A stretch of DNA of 63,664 nucleotides, counting the filler. It is 13 parts of 13 records of this genome, joined end to end, with 100 filler letters (N's around TTAATTAATTAA, not from the genome) between each part and the next. Parts side by side here need not be neighbours in the genome. Positions count along the whole stretch, not along the records: positions 54,691 to 60,303 come from SRR15195285_162; positions 60,404 to 63,664 come from SRR15195285_202; 11 more parts are not named here. One strand, given 5' to 3'. Each line of letters starts with the position of its first letter. Within the stretch, counting starts at the first letter, position 1. The position numbers and the translations under genes are program-made. The notes under the pieces are model-generated. The model searched no databases, was not told where the DNA came from, and saw only the letters and a list, made by a program, of their open reading frames with translations. Below, in pieces: positions 55,007 through 63,664 of the stretch.

Positions 55007-58000
55007 ATGTCGCAGCGGGTGCTGGTGGTTGTGGGCATAGTCACCGCGCTGTACTTTGCCCTGAATCTCATGTTCGTCACGCAGCTGCACACGCGAGATT
55101 CAATTGCCGAGGTGGACTGGCAGACTACACTGCACCGCGCGCGCCACCGTGATCGGACCACTGTCGTTATTGGGAGTGTCCCTAAGTACGGTACAGCGCC
55201 GCCCGTCGTCCGACCAAAGCCGACGCCTCCGGTAGTTGCACAGCACCTCCCAGGCATTCAAAATGACGCGACAGGCGAGGATGCTGGCGGTGACAATGTT
55301 GTTGAAGTCTCACCTCGTGTTCGGCCTCCACCAGGAACTGCTACGCCGGAGCAGCCCTCTCCTTCTTCACATCCTCCGGCAGTGCCACCAGCACCTACTC
55401 GGCCACAAGCGGTTGATGAAACCAACGCTGGGGTTGGAAAGCGGCCTTTGCTGCTCTATCGCACGCGCTTTCGTGAACCGTCCGGGTTCTCGCAGGAGGC
55501 GATTGACTTCGTGCGCGGTCTGTCAAGGCACTACTACGTCGGCCTGCAGATGGAGGGCAACACGATAGATGGCTACGTGGCGTCATGGTCTCCGGAGCTC
55601 CGGGCGATGATTGATCGCTATCATGCCAGGGAGGGCTACATATTAGCGCGCCCACACACACTGATTCATCACGGTGCTGCTGGTGACTTCTTCTGTGACG
55701 ACAAGCCTGAGCGACCGATGTTCTGTATCGGCAGGGCGATGTTCGAGACAGATCGTGTCCCGTTCGGGTGGGTTGATAACCTCCAGACACAGGACCAGAT
55801 CTGGGTGCCCTCGCAATTCAACGTCTTCACCTTCGCGCGCTCTGGACTCGACCCAGCGAAGTTGATGGTCGTGCCAGAGCCTATGAATGTGACTTTGTTT
55901 GATCCAGACACGACGACTCCGCTACGTCTGAACACCGGCAAGTCCTACCACTTTCTCGCTGTGTACGCCTGGAACGACCGAAAGGTATATATCGCCACAT
56001 TAATTAGGGAGTGAAGGTGCCAAGGAAAGCTATTTGGATAAATAGTGCTCAGCATCGCTGCGCAGATTTTCGTGCCTGGTGATGAGTCAGTGTTGAATTG
56101 AGTGTGCACTGCTACGCTGTACAGGGGTGGGATCTACTGCTGCGCGCTTACTGGGAAGAGTTCTCGAAAGACGACGACGTCTGCTTGGTGCTGCGCACTT
56201 TTCCGAAGCACAAAAATGACGCGAACTTCGATCCAGAAGCGAGCGGCGAGTGGGTGCACATGAAGCTTCGAGGTGCAGCGCACACCTGGTTTACGAAGGG
56301 CGCGGAAGATATGGCATGCGTGCATGTGCTCGCTACCCACATTTCTGAACGTGATCTCCCACGCCTGTACAAGGCCGCAGATGCGTTTGTACTGCCTTCA
56401 AGAGGGGAAGGCTGGGGTCGACCGATGGTCGAGGCCATGTCGATGGGTATGCCCACAGTCATCACGGACTGGGGAGCGCCCACGGACTACGCGAATACCT
56501 CTAATGCATGGCCAATTCCGGCCGCTGGGCTCTCCTGTGTTAACTCTGAGCCGAGACGTGGAAACCCGGCTGGTGTGTATGCCGCACATAGATGGGCTGA
56601 AGCATCAATACCAGAACTACGGCGAACACTGCGAATGCTGTTTACAAACACAGACCCGCGGATTGCACGACGTGCTGCAGCAGCGCGTAAAACGATGCGT
56701 GGTTACGGTTATGAACAGATCAATCGTATCTGCGAGTCGCGTCTGGAGCTGTGCGCAACCCGCATGACGAATATCCCATGCATAAAGTGCTAGCTTTCCT
56801 TCCAGCTAATGGCCGTCCTTGTCTCTGTGCTATTTGTGGTTCTGCAGCGTGCCGGAGAAGTACCGAGTTGACCCACATGGACGATTGCGCGACTTCTACG
56901 AAGACTTCATGCAGCGACCGCCGACGGATGAGGAGATCAAGTGGGCGGATACCAACCATCGGGGCTGGCAGGACGGCGGCCACGTGTGGCAGAGCCTGCT
57001 ATGTGGGCTTTGTACGCAGCATGAATTCTTGGCACAGTGGGATGCGAAGACGATGGCTACCTGTGGCGACTGTGGAGCACCACTTACTGAGGCACTAGCG
57101 CCATATATATCAGAGCTCCAGGTGTGCACCGATCAAGGAGTTGATCTCGTTTATACTTACGCAACAGACAGCGATGAAAAGTGGGCGGCAGATCGCACGC
57201 ACTGGTGGACCAGTTTGGGCTTTTTTGACAGGAGCAGCGTTGACACTGCAGACGCAGCTGCGACAGCGAGGGCAAGGGGTTCGTTAGTGGAAATCCTCTT
57301 GCGCATGTCCCTACGCTCCGTGGCATTAAATGCGCGGTGGGTTCGTTCCATTTTCGTTGTGACGGACAGCCCTCCAGCTTGGCTTGTCACGGATGCAACT
57401 GGTACTAACGGATTCCAAGCCACAATCGTCCCAACGTCAGCAATCATGCCTGCAGAGCACCTGCCTACGTTCAACTCTCACGCTGTGGAGGCAAACTTGC
57501 ACAAAATTACTGGCCTAAGCGAGTGCTATGTCTATATGAACGCGGACTATTTCTTCGGCAGACCGTCTTCGCTTTCGGACTTTGTCGACGTGGCCAAGGG
57601 GCAGTATAAGGTCATGCTAGAGATGGACCGCGTCAGTGCCGCTGCCAACCAGCTCACCCGACCCCCGGCCGCACACGACGCTGCGTTTCGCAACGCCAAT
57701 ATACTGCTTGACGAATGGGCTATCACCAACAGTGCTAAACGGCCAGAGCGACACTTCATCCCACATGCACCACACTTCATGCGGAAGTCGCTGGTCGAAC
57801 AGCTGGCAGTTAAGGCGGCAAGTCAATTCCAAGCCACGTCTTCGCACCGGTTCCGCTCGTTCGAGGATGTTCACGTCGCATACCTGCATGCCTACTGTAA
57901 GTCTCTGTACATCTCTTGGTGTTATCCGTCCTCCTGATGCATTGTGTGTTTGTAGATCTGCTGGAGCAGCCAGACAAATTTCTTGCGAAGACAGTCCAAA

Positions 58001-60247
58001 CGACGGAAGCATCTCCGATGCCTGACAAAGCCACGTACACCGTGTATCTTTTCAATGGCGCCAGGCAGCCGACTAGTTTCTACGCTGAGCTAGATGTACT
58101 GCGCCAGGCTGCACAGGCGGGAGGAGCAGAGCGTATGCCTCGCTTCTTCTCGATCAATGACGCCATGGATGATCCTGGCTCAGACCACATTGTCGCCTTT
58201 GTCCGGGACAGCTTGTTAGCGATCTTTCCATCGCGATCAGCGTTCGAGAGCGATTCAGCAAGCCTTGGATTGAATCTTCCTGATCCGAACCCAACGAAAC
58301 AATGCCCGGACGATTATTTCTCGTGCGCGCCAGTATTAAACCATCTAGCACCACGTCGTTCCCGGATATGTCATCGCAATCAGCTATCGACGATTGACAC
58401 GATGAGATCTGTGTAAATGTTGGCAGGTCCCGGACAGATGCTGGTGGCCACTGCCCATCGGACTACCCTTCATCTCAAGGAATCTGCACCGCTATGCAAG
58501 GAAATGTCGCGGCCGTCTGCGAGTACACAGTCGACTCACGCCCTGCACTCTGCCGTTGCTGTTACCCGGCTCGACTTACGTGGGAATGTCGCTACACGGA
58601 TGATCTTGGCAATGACGCGGGACAAGGTGGAGATGCCCTTGTTGATCCCGCGACATACTACCACAAAATTGCGGTACGTCGATTCAACTACGCTGTTATG
58701 CTCAAGACAAGTTCGGTTGATCTCCAACTAGCTTCTTCCTTCCTCATGAGATCGTTTGAGATGAGATCAAGACCATGCACTGTTGGACTGATTGATCCAT
58801 GAGAGTGTTGTGTACTGCGATGTGGTGGTCACAACGCAGTGGAGAGGGCGGTCCAACTCGGGCTTGGATGTTGAGGCTCCGAATGTTTGGTCGGGAGAGC
58901 TTCAGACTGATCGTGCAGCATTTGAGAACGCCTGGGGTCGGTGTCAAAGTGCGTAGCTTGCTACAGAGATCTTTTGCAAGTTTATCGTACCCTCACCAGC
59001 AACATATAGGCCGAAGATCGCTGTTGTCAGGATGTAATGCGTTGTATGTGCTTATGTTTATACTACTATGGTTATTCGCAGCCGTCGGGGCCATCGATGT
59101 ATTGGTGGCAGTCCCATATGATGATATTGTTCCCTGTCCAGTACGAGAGAAGATGTTCGAAGCGCTGGCTCGGCTTGAGTGTGGCTCTGGCTCAAAGTTC
59201 AATCTTCATCTCGGTCTCGTTGACGACTGGGAGCCAACACTGCCAGAAGACCTCGGCCGACGAGCTGCAATTGCACGGCTGCGCAATCACTTGCTGGACA
59301 AATTTCTGAAACCGGAGCAGTGCGCGTCCCCTTCGAAGCGCAGCAGACTCTACCAATATCCTCACTGCGTCGACAGTGCACGGATACTGACTGTCTCTGC
59401 GGTTGTGTACAGTGAGTATGTGCTGTGGCTGGACGGTGGTGTTGTCGAGTATCCTGAAGATCTCGTGGCAAAGCTGCATGGAGTAAATCCCGATGGTGTC
59501 ACTGCACCGTTGGTGCTGGTCGACGGGTCGGACTCGATGCAGTATCACCAGCGGTTTTGTGGAGCAGTGAATTGTGGAGGGTCGTTCGTCTCCGCACGTT
59601 CGCACAAACTGCATGATCCTAGGGGGTTCTTCGTTGCTGGTCGTCCCGTGCGCCGCACCCTGCCGTCTTACTCCTGCAAGTATTTCCACTGCCAGACTTA
59701 CCGCCGCTAGCACTAAGTGTCTCTGTTGCTTTGCAATAGGTTGGCACTGATGCAGCTAATCCAGCAAACGCAAATGAGTGGTCGCCGTACCTTGGAGAGA
59801 CTACCAGCAATTCAGTTGTGGAGTGTGAGTCTGTGGGTGTGAGCTACCTCGCTCCGGCGAGCATCTATCGTCAGCCGACGGATAAGGTCCCTCGCTACTT
59901 TGCTACCCCACTAACAGAACACTATCCTGTAATTCATGCGGCCAAGTACGAGCTTGGCATGCGAGGTACGGGCATCTCTCTTGGTAGTACCTTGCGGTGT
60001 TCAATGTGCTTTTCCTTGAATTCTTGCATTTGTATAATCGTGTTCTTGACCTTGCTATACAGTCGTGACGGACACGTCCGTTCGTGTGTTCCAAGCATTT
60101 CTACCCAGATGGGGGACGCAACTTGAGGGCTACAACCCACCATTCGACGATGCTCGGATCGAATGGCAGCAATGGCTCAAACCATTTCTTGGGAAGCAGC
60201 TGGACGCCCCAGAACTCCGCACAACTCCACCTGCGCCTGTGTCATGA
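55007..60247 (+). CDS. Type II membrane multi-glycosyltransferase: GT4 + Stealth phosphotransferase + Anp1/GT62-like domain; 9 introns (55985-56124, 56787-56847, 57897-57955, 58323-58426, 58674-58839, 58949-59081, 59320-59412, 59648-59739, 59966-60062)
   Basis: N-terminal TM and Pro-rich stem. MFETDR, RK|GWDLLL, FVLPSRGEGWGRPMVEAM. VDLVYTY, LRMSLRSV, LPTFNSHAVE, HAPH, FFSIND. IARLRNHLL, VLWLD, ESVG, TEHY. All junctions are GT-AG and frame-preserving. Confidence 0.8.
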
Positions 60248-60651
60248 CTGACAGAGTGATCAATTGGGCGGCAGCAGCGGTGGTGGCGGTGGCGGTGGCG
60301 GCGNNNNNNNNNNNNNNNNNNNNNNNNNNNNNNNNNNNNNNNNNNNNTTAATTAATTAANNNNNNNNNNNNNNNNNNNNNNNNNNNNNNNNNNNNNNNNN
60401 NNNTCGAAGACCGGATCGTTGCTGGGGCGCCCTCCCTGGGCGGGTCTGTGCGGCGGCCGCACGCGCGCGCGCGATCGCGATCGCGGCAGCACGAGAGCAC
60501 GACGTGGGCGTGCAGGTCGAGCTCAGGGCACCTGGACAGAGCGCCGTGCCAGTTACATGGAAACACAGACGCTGCTAGAGTTCGAACGTCGCCTGCTAGT
60601 CCACTCAAATGAGCTCCAGCAAGTAGAGCACGACTGAGGTCAGCTTTTTTC

Positions 60652-61879
60652 ATGCATAGCGGCACGCCGTCGCATCACACCCCAGCATCGTACGCAACTA
60701 CTGGTAGCACTGCTGCGCAGCAGACCAACTTGAAGCACGAGCCGCTGCTGGCTGGCGAGCGATCTATGCCTCCCGCTCCTCCACTAGCTGCAGTGGCAGA
60801 TCTTCGGCGACCAGCCCTTGAGCTGCTGCTGTCGCTTGGCGCTATAACAGGCGCGGTGCTGCTAGTTCTGTGGCAGTATTCTTCGGTGCTTGGCAGCCCC
60901 GTTGCAGTCGTTCAGCCCGCGCACCCGGCTAACGATCCAGCGCGGTCCGTCTACTTGGGCATGGGCTGTTTCTGGCACACGCAGTATGATACATTCCTTG
61001 TCGAACAAAAGCCGCCGTTCTCTCGGGTTGCAGACAAGACAATTACCAGTCTCGTCGGGTACGCTGGTGGAAGCTACATGAGTCCTGATGGGTCTGTGTG
61101 CTACCAAGGAACTCCTAGCACTGACTACAACCTGCTCGGGCATGCAGAGGTCGTATCCGTCGAACTAGACCCGTTGACAGGAAACACATCGACGCGAGCG
61201 GCCGCACAGTTCGAAAGCTTGATCAAACACTACTTCGACGAAGGATTTTCCCGGCTTGCGGATGGCAAGCTGCAGCGACTTGACCCGATGGATTCAGGCC
61301 CTGAGTATCGAAACGCCGTCGGCCTTCCAGGCGGCAACGGCAGCGCGCTGTATCCAGCGCTAGTTCATGCCGCTGCGGATGCAGGGATGCCACTACGGGA
61401 CGGACTTGGTGGGCCACACCACGACAAGCAGGATGAGTTCGTGGTATGGGTGTATGACTCCACTCACTTCCCCTTCTTCAAAGGCGAGGAATACCACCAG
61501 TTTCATCCTAACACAGTGCTAGGGCGTTGGGTCCCGGAGTCGTGCGTGCTGCCCCAACTTTCTGCCGGATTAGCCTTATGGACATTGCTACAAAAATGCA
61601 GTAATGAACTTGTGGTGTGTATACCTGAGTGTGTACTCGTCCGCTGACACTCACAGGTACACAGGAAGGCTAAAGACCGTGCAAGAGGCTGAAGGTCGCC
61701 TTGACCTGGACGGGTGTGCAGGTGAGGGAGCCGGCACACTGCTCAGTTTGTTGCCGGTCGCAATTGGAGTCCTAGGTCTGTGCGGCCTTGCACGTGCGGC
61801 CGCGGCCGTCGGACATTTGTGCGATAGCGTTCGCGGCAGCGCCGTGTCTCGCGCCAGAAGCACGACTGTGCAGTGCTGA
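60652..61879 (+). CDS. msrA: MsrA-like peptide methionine sulfoxide reductase with N- and C-terminal hydrophobic segments; intron 61542-61656
   Basis: YLGMGCFWH, VGYAGG, LGHAEVV, GPEYR, GEEYHQFH. The active-site residue is Cys (TGT). The start codon is uncertain. Confidence 0.8.
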
Positions 61880-61953
61880 ACCTCTTGATCAAAAAACTAG
61901 TCCGAATGATCGTGCATTCCTGTATACGCGTTCATTTATTGCTGCTGGCCACA

Positions 61954-63230
61954 TCAGGGCTTGAACACAGTAAACGACGCAATCCCTTCAAAAATGATCA
62001 TGCTGATATTGTTCCGCATGTAGAACAACCCTATCCCTTCCTCGACGCCTTCGGCTCCGGGTCCTAACAGCGCCATGGATGAGTAGCTCGCGGCTGGCAC
62101 GCATGGTGGATCGCAGCCGGCGCCAGGGCCCCAAATCTTGGAGTGCTGTTCCCAGGTGTGTCCCTCATCAGTGCTAACCTTGACATTCATATCGTTTCGA
62201 AATAAGCCATCAGGTGGGTCGGGATGGGCATCTGCACACGCATGAGAACAGAGCTCAGTCACAAATATAGTGCGTGCTGGCTTAGTGTGTTGAACTCACA
62301 GTAGAGCTTGCCGTTCGGATGCAGCACCACAGAGCCTTCGCATCCACTAACAGGCTCTGGTAACTCCGGCGCGGGCTTTGTCGACGTCCACGTCTTACCC
62401 GCATCTTCACTCCACGCCTGCAGCCGGTGTGGCGAGGAGCGCAGGCTTGCAAAGAGTCGATTCGGGGATGCTTCGGACAGTTTCGTCAGAACCCATTCGT
62501 TTGGAGGAGCGTCGAGCTCGCTCCGGATGTGCCAGGTCGCGCCTCGGTTTTCTGATGCAAGGACGAAAGAGTTTGACCCACCGCCGTAGCAAGGAATCAA
62601 CAGAGTACCAATGCCTGGTGGGTGATGTAGCAGCTGCAGTCCAGCTGCGTGGCCGGTGCCGACAAAATGCGATCGATCGCGCACAGCACTGCTGGAGATG
62701 TTGCGAATGGCAGCCCAGTCCTCTGTGACCACGTTGTGACCCAGCTGTGCCACGCGGGCGGAGTATGTGTAAAGAACATCAGTGTTGTCTCGTGTGAACA
62801 CAAGATGCACCACCCCAGTGTGCTCGTCAAGAATTGGCAGCGCATCGCCGATCGTGTGCCAGCCAGCAGGCTGCCCTGCGCCGCCTGTAGAATCACTGTG
62901 GACGAGAGAGGGGCGGCTCCAGTTTTTCCCTAAGTTGTCGCTCGTTTTCAGTAGGAGATCGACGTAGCCCTCGTCATCGCACGAGTACTTGCGTGCTTCG
63001 ATGAACGCCAACACACGCTGGCTTCCCGGGATCCGCAGCAGCGAGGGGATCTTGAAGCAGCCGTAGCCGTAGTCCCCTGGGCAGAACAGGTCCTGCTGGC
63101 CGTCCGTCGGCAGGCATCCAGGTGGCAGCGATGCAGGCGTGCCATGGCCATGGTTGGGGCGTTGGCTGGCGACCAAGTTGCTGCTGTACAGCAGCGTAAC
63201 CGCCAGACTATTCATAGCAGCCCGAGTCAT
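61954..63230 (-). CDS. Secreted sialidase/neuraminidase (GH33-like); intron 62232-62299
   Basis: Signal peptide; FKIPSL, AFIEARK; Asp-boxes SDNLGKNW, SENRGATW, SEDAGKTW, STDEGHTW; CEGS; SYSSM. Confidence 0.88.
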
Positions 63231-63664
63231 CCAGCGCCCTTTCGTTCACTTTCGTTTGCACTGAGTATACACAACTTACTGATGCATTCACGCGCGCACG
63301 CGCCGCGGCTGACCCGCCGGCGCGTGCGACGCGTCCGTCGCGCGCGCGTCGCGTCCCGCGCGCGCGCGCCACACGAACCGCGCGTGGCGCGACCAGCCCA
63401 CGCCGGGGACCTGGGCCAACTTCGCGTGCACGTATATAGTTATATACTAGATCTAATATAACCGCGCGCGTGTCGGCGCCACGCGCGCGCCACGTGGTGG
63501 GCGTATCGTAGCACGCACGTCGCGTGGGCCTATCCGCCGTGTATAGCAGTGACGATCTCTGCATTGGTACTGTTGGGTGCGAAGGAGGTATTCCGTGGGC
63601 TACTGCCCGACGAGATGGTGCAGTCGGACGGTCATGACGAAGAACAATGCCAATATGGTGGAAC

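Noticed and set aside
60960-60975. MsrA as a second selenoprotein
   Set aside because: The active-site codon is TGT (Cys), not TGA.
1-63664. A carbohydrate-utilisation gene cluster (GH27, GH32, GH33, GH36-like, MFS transporters, GTs)
   Set aside because: The genes lie on different, arbitrarily joined contigs, so adjacency in the window is not synteny.

Overview
Eukaryotic, GC-rich, intron-containing genomic DNA from a unicellular protist. It is not one locus: 13 short contigs (about 3-7 kb) are joined by a 100-nt artificial spacer (44 N, TTAATTAATTAA, 44 N), so synteny only holds within a contig. The Glu-Pro repeats, modular proteins and secreted glycosidases suggest a marine heterotrophic picoeukaryote, possibly Picozoa-like (inference, not tested). 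I rebuilt about 23 genes by hand, with 37 GT-AG introns. Best observations: (1) a membrane-anchored thioredoxin whose active site reads W-TGA-P-P-C, a likely selenoprotein that the ORF track splits in two; (2) its 3' UTR carries a SECIS-like hairpin with a GUGA/UGAG core but an over-long upper stem and no apical AA; (3) a ~440-nt intergenic region (40.4-40.8 kb) that folds into many helices with G-U pairs favouring the + strand and an HDV-like pseudoknot topology; (4) unusual fusions: parvulin-EF-hand-CNBD channel lacking the GYG filter-TPR, GT4-Stealth-Anp1-like glycosyltransferase, PAH-uracil-DNA glycosylase, and GH27-PQQ-type propeller. All calls come from reading motifs by eye; no database searches or folding programs were run.
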